A DNA stretch of 64,000 bases, from NCBI GenBank assembly GCA_965248355.1, contig OZ252098.1, positions 1,952,001-2,016,000 on the forward strand, in the 5' to 3' direction. Below, in pieces: positions 38,538 through 47,373 of the stretch; position 1 is the first letter of the stretch; every line of letters begins with the position of its first letter. A model generated the notes under the pieces. That model was not told the DNA's origin, did not search any database, and worked only from the letters and a program-made list of their open reading frames with translations. This DNA is from Candidatus Latescibacterota bacterium. GTDB taxonomy: Bacteria > Latescibacterota > UBA2968 > UBA8231. A program made the position numbers and the translations under genes.

Positions 38538-39539
38538 TCACCATGGAAGGGGGACATCCAGGTACCGGCTCAGATCCAGCGCCGCCCTCTGCTCCGGTTC
38601 TCCGAAGCGGATCCCCTCGCGGCGGTGCCGGTCCATGACGCGCTCCTCCACGTGCCCGGGGAGCAGCACCTCGTCGTATCCCGGCAGGGGGGCGAAGTTC
38701 TCGCGGATGGCGCGCACGTAGCGGTCCACCTCGCCGGTGAACGCCTCGCCGGGCAGGAGGCTGGCCACGTGGATGGCCAGGACCATGCCGCCGAGATTGG
38801 CCGCCGGCCAGCGCTCGGCGATCTCGTCCCCCTCCGGGAGCGTGACTCCGGCCAGGGCGCCGCCCATGAGGGTGGCCGCCGCCACCAGGCCCATGCTCTT
38901 GAAGAACGTGGCCGGCACCCTCTCGAGCAGGCCGGCCACCTGGTCGCGGCTTTCGCCGGAGACGGCGTGGGCCACCATGTCGAGGACGATGCCGGGCTCA
39001 TCGCCGGCGGGGATGGCGAAGGACATGGGAGGCGCCCCGGTCCAGCCCGCCGACGGCTTGGGATCCTGGCCCGGCTGGCCGCCGGAGCCGCGGTATCCCT
39101 GCACCGAGAAGCCGATGCACCCGGCCTCCATGCACAGGCGCGTGTAGTGGCCGGCCGACCCGTAGTGGCCGATGCCGCGGACGAGCCCGAGGCCGACGCC
39201 GGCGGACTTGGCCTTCTCGATGGCCTTGTCGGTGGCCAGCATGGAAGGCACGTACCCGAGGGATCCGTCGCCGTCGACGATGGCCGTGGTCGCCGTCTCG
39301 TGGGCGACCTGAATGCGGGGATCGGGGTTGAGGCGGCCCTCCCGGAAGTGGCGGCAGTACCCGGGGACGAAGCCGATGCCGTGGCTGCGCACGCCGCGCA
39401 GCTCCGAGTTGGTCAGCAGGCGCGCCGTCCGCGCCGCGTGCTCCCGGCTCTTCATCCCCGACTTGACCAGGCACTCGGTGAGGAAGGCCAGCTCGCGCTC
39501 CTCGGCGACCCGGACGTACTCCCCGGGCGGGCGGTTCAC
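38538..39539 (-). CDS. Ldh_2 (AllD/ComC-like) NAD(P)-dependent oxidoreductase
   Basis: GTGA overlap; SELRGVRSHG, VDGDGSLG, GHYGSAGHY, VLDM, VLLPG. Confidence 0.82.
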   Translation of the reverse strand: MNRPPGEYVRVAEERELAFLTECLVKSGMKSREHAARTARLLTNSELRGVRSHGIGFVPGYCRHFREGRLNPDPRIQVAHETATTAIVDGDGSLGYVPSMLATDKAIEKAKSAGVGLGLVRGIGHYGSAGHYTRLCMEAGCIGFSVQGYRGSGGQPGQDPKPSAGWTGAPPMSFAIPAGDEPGIVLDMVAHAVSGESRDQVAGLLERVPATFFKSMGLVAAATLMGGALAGVTLPEGDEIAERWPAANLGGMVLAIHVASLLPGEAFTGEVDRYVRAIRENFAPLPGYDEVLLPGHVEERVMDRHRREGIRFGEPEQRAALDLSRYLDVPLPW

Positions 39540-40342
39540 GAGCCGTCGCCGGCGAGGCGGCACAGCTGGGCGGCGGCCAGGGTCAGCACCTCGCGGTCGT
39601 CGCAGGCGTTGGCGTCCTTGCCCTCGAAGACGACCCCCAGGGTACCGTTGAAGCCGGCGGCGGCGAGGATGTCGACGATGCGGTCGTAGTCGAGCCACTC
39701 CTCGCGGCCGGAGTCGATCTTGTAGAACTTGGCGCGCACGTGGGAGGCGTGGTGCGCCGTCTGCTCCATGTACCGGTAGATGTCGTGGTCGGGGTCGGGC
39801 TCACCCCGGGTGCGCGCCGGCGAGCCCTCCCACTGGCCGGTGTCGAGGATGAAGGTGAAGTTGTCGCGCCCCACCTCGTCGAACAGCCTCAGGACCCCGT
39901 CTCCGGTGCACGGGTGGTTCTGCAGGCCCACGGCGACGCTGTGCGAGGCCGCGTAGTCGCAGCAGGCCTGGAAGCTCTCCACCTCCCGGCGCCCGGCGCC
40001 GGCGTCCTGAGGCGTGGAGCCGCAGAACACGCGCACCATGGGCGCGCCCAGGGCGACGGCCACGTCCACGTCCGTGCGCACCCGCTCGACCTTCTCCTGC
40101 AACTCGGCCTCGGTGCCCACGAAGTGCCCGCCCGTGGCCAGGTAGCCGATGCTCAGCCCCTTGCGCAGGCAGTTCATCTTGGTCTGGAGCAGGTATCCGG
40201 ACCCGTGCTCCTCGAAGCCGACGTCGCTGCGCAGGTCGATCACGTCGAGGCGCAGGTCGTAGGCCAGGTCGATGAAACTCTCGATGTCGGGGAAGCTGTT
40301 GCGGTCCTTGCCGAACATCGAAGCGTACAGACCTACCTTCAT
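39536..40342 (-). CDS. Sugar phosphate isomerase/epimerase (AP endonuclease 2 TIM barrel)
   Basis: ALGAPMVRVF, GLQNH, ILDTGQW, HVRAK, AGFNG...VFEG. Confidence 0.78.
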   Translation of the reverse strand: MKVGLYASMFGKDRNSFPDIESFIDLAYDLRLDVIDLRSDVGFEEHGSGYLLQTKMNCLRKGLSIGYLATGGHFVGTEAELQEKVERVRTDVDVAVALGAPMVRVFCGSTPQDAGAGRREVESFQACCDYAASHSVAVGLQNHPCTGDGVLRLFDEVGRDNFTFILDTGQWEGSPARTRGEPDPDHDIYRYMEQTAHHASHVRAKFYKIDSGREEWLDYDRIVDILAAAGFNGTLGVVFEGKDANACDDREVLTLAAAQLCRLAGDGS

Positions 40343-40494
40343 TCCGGGTTCTCCTCCGAGATCGGTGTGGTGCAGTTCTCTTGGAACGGCGCCGGTGGAA
40401 ACAACGTCGCCGACATCGGGTAGACAAGAGGGGCCGGGGCGGACAGTTTTCCGGGCTCCACCGTCACCTACCCAGCAACCGAAGGCAGGTACCC

Positions 40495-41730
40495 ATGTCC
40501 TCCCACCGCATCACCGCCGTCGACGTCATCCCCATCTTCCCGAGGCTGGCCCGCCGCTACGCCGACCGCGTGGTCGACCTCTACGGCATCGACTGCCGCC
40601 TCCTGTTCCGGGTGGCCACCGATTCCGGACTCGTGGGCTGGGGGGACCATCGCGTCCGCCCCTGGTACACGCCGCCCGCCGACATGGGCCGGGAGCTCGT
40701 CGGCCGCGACCCCTTCGACTTCCTCAACGGCAACCTGTCCGGCGGCCTGAACACGGCGGCCTACGACCTGATGGGCAAGTGCCTGGAGGTGCCGGCCTGG
40801 AAGCTGATGGGGCCCAAGCGGCGGGACTGGGTGCCGGTGGCGGCGTGGACGAGACCCGCCTCGCCGGAGCACTTCGCCGCCGAGATCCAGAGGGCCGCCA
40901 GCCAGGGCTACCGGATCTTCAAGATCCACACCTGCAGCTACCACGATCTCTTCGAGCAGACGAAGGCGGCCGAGGCGGTGGCCCCCGAGGGCTTCCGCAT
41001 CCACTTCGACTTCAACCACAACCGCTCCCTCGGGGCGGTGCTGCCCATCGTGGCCGAGCTGGAGCGCAACCACCCCATCGTCGGCTACATCGAGGACCCG
41101 ATCCTCAAGGGCGACCTCGAGGGCTGGGCGGCCCTGCGCCGCAAGAGCCGCATCCCCATCATCATGCACGGCACGCCCCACGGCGGCGTGCTGGAGTACC
41201 GGCAGGACCAGGCCGACATCTACATGATCGGCGGCACCATGTACGAGACCATGACCACGGGCTGGGCCCTGGGCCGGGCCAACATCCAGGTGATCCTGCA
41301 GCACGAGTCGGGCACCCTGGGCAAGGCCATGGCCATGCACATGGCCGCCGTCCTGCCGAGCCACTCGGCCCACTCCATCAACCTCGACGACCAGTACGAG
41401 GAGGACGTGACCACCGGAACCATCCCCGTCGTCGAGGGATCTTCGCCCGTGCCGACCGGGATCGGCCTGGGGTACGACGTGGACGAGTCCGCCGTGGAGC
41501 GGATGGCGGCGCAGGCGCCGGCCGAGCCCGGCCGCTATCTCGGCGTCCTGCACATGCCCGGGGGCGCCACCTGGTACGGAAGGGGCTACGTCTCCCCGGG
41601 CAGCGTCACCGGCACCGAGGAGGCCGGCATCCGCGGCTTCCGTTCCGAGTTGTGGGAGGACGACGGCACTTCGGAGTTCGAGGAGATGTACGCCCGCGTG
41701 GAGAAGGAGGGACGGGTGCGGGCCTCCTGA
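40495..41730 (+). CDS. Enolase superfamily (mandelate racemase/MLE-like) enzyme
   Basis: VATDSGLVGWG, AAYDLMGK..VPAWKLMG, FKIH, HFDFN, IEDP, PTGIGLG. Confidence 0.82.
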   Translation: MSSHRITAVDVIPIFPRLARRYADRVVDLYGIDCRLLFRVATDSGLVGWGDHRVRPWYTPPADMGRELVGRDPFDFLNGNLSGGLNTAAYDLMGKCLEVPAWKLMGPKRRDWVPVAAWTRPASPEHFAAEIQRAASQGYRIFKIHTCSYHDLFEQTKAAEAVAPEGFRIHFDFNHNRSLGAVLPIVAELERNHPIVGYIEDPILKGDLEGWAALRRKSRIPIIMHGTPHGGVLEYRQDQADIYMIGGTMYETMTTGWALGRANIQVILQHESGTLGKAMAMHMAAVLPSHSAHSINLDDQYEEDVTTGTIPVVEGSSPVPTGIGLGYDVDESAVERMAAQAPAEPGRYLGVLHMPGGATWYGRGYVSPGSVTGTEEAGIRGFRSELWEDDGTSEFEEMYARVEKEGRVRAS

Positions 41731-41749
41731 GCCCCTGGAGGACCTCCGA

Positions 41750-42577
41750 TCAGCGGAGGCCGAAGACCTGCCGAGCCGTCTCCCCCAGCAGCCAGCGGCG
41801 GTCCTCGTCGGTGAGGAAGTCGAGGTGGCGCTGAAAGAGCTCCAGGGCGGGAGCGTACCCCGTGCTGCTGAGCACGCCCGGGAAGTTCGTCCCCCACATG
41901 ACCCGCCGGGGGCCGTAGGCGTCGAACAGCCTCCGGTAGAGATCGAAGGTGTCGCGGTGGGGGAAGGGTTCCTCCGAGCGGTGACCCTGGGGCGTGAACT
42001 TGACGTGGATGCGCTCGTAGCGGGCCAGTCCGACCACGTAGTCGAAGAGGCGCTCGTGCTCGGGGTCGTCGGCCCGGGGAACGCCGCCCACGTGGTCGAG
42101 GACGACCTTGACGCCGGGGAAGCGGGCCACGATCGGCTCCACCACCTCCAGGTGCGCGGCGGGGCCGTAGAGGGTGAAGTTGGCCCCCAGCTCCTCGGCC
42201 TTCCTCCACAAGGGATCCTGGTCCGGCGTCGCCCACAGGGACGGGTGCTCGACCCGTGACGCCAGGTGGATTCGCAGGCCGCAGAACCCATCCTCGCGCA
42301 CCAGCCTCTCGAAGACCTCCACCGCATCCGGCGCCTTCTGATCGATGAGCGCCGTACCCGCGAAGCGGCCCGGGAACCGCCGCAGGCCGTCGGCGACGTA
42401 GCGGTTGTCGTACAGGTACGGGATCGCCTGCACCATCACGGCCTGATCGACGCCGGCGGCGGCCATGTGCTCGTTGAGGAGCTCCACCGGCGCCGCCTCG
42501 CGGGGCTCGCGCCCTGCGGCCACGGGAAAGCGCTCCAGGTCCGCGCTCCAGACGTGCAGATGGCTGTCGACGATCAT
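41750..42577 (-). CDS. Amidohydrolase family protein (Amidohydro_2, lactonase-like)
   Basis: MIVDSHLHVW, GLRIH, VVLDHVG, RVMWGTNFP, GETARQVF. Confidence 0.85.
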   Translation of the reverse strand: MIVDSHLHVWSADLERFPVAAGREPREAAPVELLNEHMAAAGVDQAVMVQAIPYLYDNRYVADGLRRFPGRFAGTALIDQKAPDAVEVFERLVREDGFCGLRIHLASRVEHPSLWATPDQDPLWRKAEELGANFTLYGPAAHLEVVEPIVARFPGVKVVLDHVGGVPRADDPEHERLFDYVVGLARYERIHVKFTPQGHRSEEPFPHRDTFDLYRRLFDAYGPRRVMWGTNFPGVLSSTGYAPALELFQRHLDFLTDEDRRWLLGETARQVFGLR

Positions 42578-42591
42578 CGGGCTCTCACCTC

Positions 42592-45072
42592 TCAGTGTGG
42601 GATGCGGTGCTGGTGGAGGCGGCGGTGGATCGCTTCCCGCGCCTCCAGGAAGGGCGACTCCAGGTAGGCCATGTGGTCGCCGCCGTGGTGGTGGGTGGCG
42701 CTGCCGGGCCGGTGCTGCCGGCTCTGGCCGCGGATGTACTGGAGGCAGCCATCGACCAGGGTGAGCATGTACTGGGCGGTGCTCTCGTCGAACATCCACC
42801 ACTCCCGGTCGCCGCAGGACAGGTAGACCGGGGAGGTGTGGGCCATGATGGCGCGGCCCCAGCCGTCGTGGTGAGGAACCCCCGTGTACCCGGGTCCGCC
42901 GCAGCGGGCGGCGATCCACGAGTTCCCCTTCACCTCCACCTTCGCCTCCACCCTCAGGGCGCGGGTGCCGCCGGCGTCGTCGGCCGAGGCCACCACGCGC
43001 CCCTCCTGCACGATCTGCAAGGTGTGGATCGGCACCACCGACTCGGCCCGCGCCTCGACCTCGACGGTGCCGCCGTTGCCCGGCAGGCGCAGGGTGTCGC
43101 CGATGTCGCAGCCGTCCACCTTCAGCCGCAGGAGAGGCCCGCCGCTGTGGAAGGTGCGGCCCCGGGCGACGTTGGCGCACCAGTTGTCGTAGGTGAAGGG
43201 CTCGTCCTCGGGGATGCGCACGTAGGTGCGGTAGAGCCCCACGGGCACCTCGTTCGACATCTTGTCGGTGCCCCCCACCAGGGGCAGACGGTAGCCGCAG
43301 TTGAGGTAGCGGTAGTACTCCTGGTGCTCGAAGGGGCCGTGGCGCAGCATCTCCACCGCGTCGGCGCGGCCCGTGGCGATCAGGGTCGCCGGCTCCCCGT
43401 TGGGATTGGGCAGGTGCGGGATCACCACCGTGCCGCCCTGGCCGCGGCACTGGTCGGCCCAGTCGGACATGGTCACCTCCAGGGTGCCGCCGATCTCGGC
43501 CTCGCCGGGCCCGTCCGAGCACCAGGGCATGACCGGCTCCTTGAGACCCCACAGGATCAGGTGCCCGAGGAAGTGCTGGCGGTTCTCCTGGGAGACGTAG
43601 ACCAGGCTCTCGCCGTCGCTGGAGACGCCGCCGGTGAACTCCTGGGCGTCGGTGAACAGGCTGCCCCACTGGGACTGGAGCATGTTGACCACGTCCAGGT
43701 CCTCGCCGTTGGCCTCCAGGTGGCTGCCCTGGGCGGAGAGGAAGTGGACGTGGGAATCGCCCGAGTACCAGCCCTCGCCGTTCATGTCCACCCAGCGCTC
43801 CAGGGTCAGCTCCAGCTCGGTCTGGCCGGGCCGGATCTCGACCTCCCGTCGAAGGGGCTCGTACTCGAAGCCCCGGGCCACGTCGACGATCACGCGGCCC
43901 CGCGGCAGCCAGCCCTGGCAGGTGCCGTCGGTGTAGGCGTAGGAGAGCTGCCCCAGGCGCACGTCTCCTCCCACGTCGATGTGCCAGCTGTCCATGTCGG
44001 AGTTGACGTGACCGTGGTGGCCGTGGGGGGCGTAGGCCACCCCCTCGGGAGAGCGAAAGTGGATTCGGCACGGCACCGGCCGGCCCGTCTGCCCGTCGAG
44101 GACCCGCGTGCGCACCCAGTTGCGGCCGTGGTCGATCATCTCCACGCGCACGCGGCCGTCGGCGCTGTCCGCCGACCCCCCTTCCAGCACGTCGCCCCAG
44201 CGGGCCTCGCCCACGGGCACCCCGTCCTGACTGACCCTCACCGTCGCCGACGGCGACGCCGCGATCTGCAGGCCCGCCGGGCTGCTGGACCGGTTCTGCG
44301 CCTCGCCCCAGCCCTTGCGGCCGGCGACGAACTCCTCCGGCGTCCGCCGCGACAGGGGGTAGGGATAGGTGGCCACGCCGCGGTCGACCTCGACCTCCAG
44401 GCCGAAGGGCCGGTCCGCCGCCTCGGCGTCGGTCAGGGTGATGCGCACGTCGCGCAGACCTTCGCGGCAGAGGGGAAACTCGTCGGCGTGCCCCAGGGTG
44501 ACGGCGCCCACGGCGAAGACCCGGTCCCCGGGTTCCACCTCGATGGCGTCCAGCTTTTGCTCGGGGTGGGGGTTCGTCCACACGTAGAGGGCGAAGTGCA
44601 CGTTGTTGGCGGCTGCCGTCTCGGTCTGCCGCCGGCCGGCCGCGTCCCAGCGGCCCTCCCAGCGCGGCAGCACCTCGTCCTTCTGGTCCGGGAAGGCGAC
44701 GAAGGGGCGGCCTCCATCGCCGGGCACGGTGCAGATCTCGAAGCGCTCCCGCTGCGGCACCGAGACCACCGCGCCGCCGTCCAGATGGAAGTAGTAGGTG
44801 GCCACGGTCTCCCCCGTAGGGGCGCCCTCGCGGATACGGGAGTCGGCCAGCCGGTGGGCGAAGAGGACGTGGCGCGCGCGGCGCCGGACCGGGATTCTCA
44901 GCCTCGACCCCCGGTGCCCCGCACCGAAGGCGATCAGGCAGGATCCGCCCCCGTTGCCCACCTGGAAGGGCAACCCCTGCCAGCATTGCTCCCCGGAGGG
45001 CACGGCCTCGCCGAAGAGATCGGCGCCGGCGTTGCAGTAGGAGGCCAGCTCCAGAGGCTCGTAGTCTTTCAT
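42592..45072 (-). CDS. CehA/McbA-like metallohydrolase (PHP-like domain)
   Basis: WYSGDSHVH, QENR...GHL, VIPH, YLNCGYRLP..GGTD, GRTF..GGPLL, AHTSPVY; His-rich C-terminus. Confidence 0.75.
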   Translation of the reverse strand: MKDYEPLELASYCNAGADLFGEAVPSGEQCWQGLPFQVGNGGGSCLIAFGAGHRGSRLRIPVRRRARHVLFAHRLADSRIREGAPTGETVATYYFHLDGGAVVSVPQRERFEICTVPGDGGRPFVAFPDQKDEVLPRWEGRWDAAGRRQTETAAANNVHFALYVWTNPHPEQKLDAIEVEPGDRVFAVGAVTLGHADEFPLCREGLRDVRITLTDAEAADRPFGLEVEVDRGVATYPYPLSRRTPEEFVAGRKGWGEAQNRSSSPAGLQIAASPSATVRVSQDGVPVGEARWGDVLEGGSADSADGRVRVEMIDHGRNWVRTRVLDGQTGRPVPCRIHFRSPEGVAYAPHGHHGHVNSDMDSWHIDVGGDVRLGQLSYAYTDGTCQGWLPRGRVIVDVARGFEYEPLRREVEIRPGQTELELTLERWVDMNGEGWYSGDSHVHFLSAQGSHLEANGEDLDVVNMLQSQWGSLFTDAQEFTGGVSSDGESLVYVSQENRQHFLGHLILWGLKEPVMPWCSDGPGEAEIGGTLEVTMSDWADQCRGQGGTVVIPHLPNPNGEPATLIATGRADAVEMLRHGPFEHQEYYRYLNCGYRLPLVGGTDKMSNEVPVGLYRTYVRIPEDEPFTYDNWCANVARGRTFHSGGPLLRLKVDGCDIGDTLRLPGNGGTVEVEARAESVVPIHTLQIVQEGRVVASADDAGGTRALRVEAKVEVKGNSWIAARCGGPGYTGVPHHDGWGRAIMAHTSPVYLSCGDREWWMFDESTAQYMLTLVDGCLQYIRGQSRQHRPGSATHHHGGDHMAYLESPFLEAREAIHRRLHQHRIPH

Positions 45073-45185
45073 CACGGACCTTTCCCCGGCGGTCCGCTGC
45101 TGCGCGCCGGGCCGTTTTGCTACATTCCGGTTCACGTCCCGCCAAAGATAGGCTGCGCCGCACGCGCGGACAGAGAGGAGCACCC

Positions 45186-46532
45186 ATGCGCCCCACGCCG
45201 ACCCCGCTCGACGACGACGCCCTGCAGCGGTACCTGCGCCAGGGCTACATCACCCTGGACGCGGGCCTGTCCGCCGACTTCCACCGGGACCTGTTCGAGG
45301 AGGTGGACGGCCTCTTCGAGGCCGAGGGCAATCCCGGCAACAACATCCTGCCGCGGGTCCCCGCCATCCGCCGCGTCCTCGACAGCCCGCCCGTGAACGG
45401 CGCCCTGCAGAGCCTGCTGGGCGGCGACTACTACCTGCACGCCCACCGCTTCTGCCACTACCGCCAGCCCCGGAGCGAGGCCCAGCGGCTGCACAAGGAC
45501 AGCTGGTCGCGGCGCCACCACCGCACCCGCTGGTGCATGGCCTTTTACTACCCCCAGGACACCACCGGGGAGATGGGCCCCACGGGGGTCGTACCGGGGT
45601 CTCAGTACCTCAATTCGCCGCCCGACCCCGACGGCGAGGTCGCCCTGGCCGGCCGCGCCGGCACGGTGACCATCGTCCACTACGACCTCTGGCACCGCGG
45701 CCTGGCCAACACCAGCGACCGCAAGCGCTACATGCTCAAGTTCCTCTTCACGCGCCTCGACGAGCCGGCGGCCAACGGACGCGGGCCGGCCTCCTTCGAC
45801 GAGGAGGACCCGCGGGCTCCCCTGTGGCGCTCCATGTGGCGCTGGCACACGGGCCATGGCTCCCAGGCCGCGGGTGATCTCACCTCCGCGGAGGTGACGG
45901 GCCTGGCGGGTGATCTCGGCGCCGCGGACGAGACCCGGGCCCTGGACGCCGCCTACCGCCTGGGGGAGTCGGCGGATCTCGCCGCCGTCGAGGCCCTGCT
46001 CGGCGGCCTGCGTTCCGAGGATCCCGCGGTCCGACGCAACGCCGCCTACGGTCTGACGGCGGCGGGACGGGCCTCGGTCCCCGGCCTGGTCGAGTGCCTG
46101 GAGCACGGGGACGCCGGGCTGCGCGCGGCGGCCGTCGACTGCCTGGGCGATCTCGGCCGCGAGGCCGCCGAGGCGGAGCCCGCCGCCGCCGGGAGTCTGG
46201 AGGACGAGGACCTCGAGGTGCGGCGGCTCTCCGCCCACGCCCTGGGGACCATGGAGGCGGTCTCGGCGGTGCCGCGCCTGGCGCGGGCCTGCTCCGAGAA
46301 GGACGACTGGGTGGCCCGCAATGCCTCCCTGAGCCTGGCGCGCCTGGGCGCCGCCGCCGAGGAGGCCCTTCCGGCGCTGGACCGCGCCCTGGACCACGAC
46401 AACCGCTACGTGCGCGCCAACGCCCTCCGATGCCTGCAGCGCATCGACAGCGCCGGGGCCCGGGAGCTGCTCTACCACCACCTGGCCACCTCCCGCTGGT
46501 GCCCGATCACGGCCAGCGGCACCCCGTACTGA
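45186..46532 (+). CDS. Phytanoyl-CoA dioxygenase (PhyH)-like domain fused to HEAT repeats
   Basis: GAGGAG RBS; LHKD and LWHRG Fe-binding motifs, MGPTGVVPGS; C-terminal HEAT-like repeats (VRRNAAYGL, VRRLSAHALG, VRANALRCL). Confidence 0.82.
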   Translation: MRPTPTPLDDDALQRYLRQGYITLDAGLSADFHRDLFEEVDGLFEAEGNPGNNILPRVPAIRRVLDSPPVNGALQSLLGGDYYLHAHRFCHYRQPRSEAQRLHKDSWSRRHHRTRWCMAFYYPQDTTGEMGPTGVVPGSQYLNSPPDPDGEVALAGRAGTVTIVHYDLWHRGLANTSDRKRYMLKFLFTRLDEPAANGRGPASFDEEDPRAPLWRSMWRWHTGHGSQAAGDLTSAEVTGLAGDLGAADETRALDAAYRLGESADLAAVEALLGGLRSEDPAVRRNAAYGLTAAGRASVPGLVECLEHGDAGLRAAAVDCLGDLGREAAEAEPAAAGSLEDEDLEVRRLSAHALGTMEAVSAVPRLARACSEKDDWVARNASLSLARLGAAAEEALPALDRALDHDNRYVRANALRCLQRIDSAGARELLYHHLATSRWCPITASGTPY

Positions 46533-46538
46533 GCCCCC

Positions 46539-47360
46539 GTGCTGCGCATCGAGACCCGGGTGGGATGCCGTCTATCCGGCCGGCGTGGAGGAGTGCCGGG
46601 GCATCGCCGCCGGGCTGGGATGGGACGAGGACCTCTACCTGGCGGCCCTCTGCCACCACCGACTGTCCGGCGAGCTGCCGCAGTGCACCCTCGTCGGCCG
46701 GCGGGAGAACGGATCCGTGTCCTTCGGCAAGACCGACGACATCGAGCGCCACCAGCTCGGGCTGAACCTGCTCGAGATCAGCCGTCCCGACGACGGCTAC
46801 GACCACGGCCACTTCCACTTCGCCGCCACGCCCTGGACGGTGGCGGGCGTGAACCGGCCCGGCCTGACCATGGGCATGACCGGCATCCCGGGACCGATGA
46901 AGGAGGAGGACGGCCTGTTCTCGCTGATGGCCCTGCACACGGTGCTGCCGGCCTGCGCGAACGTGGGCGAGGCCCTCGAGCACCTGCGGGCCCTGCCGGT
47001 GAACGCCTACGGTTTCAGTCTGATGCTCGGAGATGCGGAGGACGACAGGCCCCTCGGCCATACGAATCACGTCCTCGATGCGGACTTCGCCCGCCGCAAC
47101 CCTGCCCAGAGCCCCGCCATCGACGCCAACGGGCGGAGACGCCTCGACAACGCCTTGCGGCTGGCCCGGGAAGGCGCCGGCATCGACCGGATCCTGGCCG
47201 ACCGCTCGGCCGCGGGGGCCATCTGCCAGCGCGGGGAGGACGGCCTGCACACGGACTTCGCCGTGCTCTTCGAGCCGGTGGAGGGGCGCCTGCGCCTGTG
47301 GTCCGGCCCCCCGGCCGGAAGCGGCCGGTCACGTACTCCGTGGATCGCCTGCTGGCCTGA
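46539..47360 (+). pseudogene. Frameshifted C45 family (AAT/Ntn-hydrolase) gene remnant
   Basis: C45-like core (EECRGIAAG, QCT, GKTDD, GVNRPGL, HTNH) lies in one frame; the plausible start (MLRIETR) and end (PVTYSVDRLLA*) lie in another. Confidence 0.6.
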
Positions 47361-47373
47361 GACCCTTCCGGGG

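Noticed and set aside
41750..45196. 1148 aa ORF suggesting a giant amidohydrolase fusion
   Set aside because: Only 41750-42577 is protein-like; the rest is an off-frame overlap with the CehA-like gene. The same applies to 47374-50928, 58369-60861 and the 5' part of 15172-18867.
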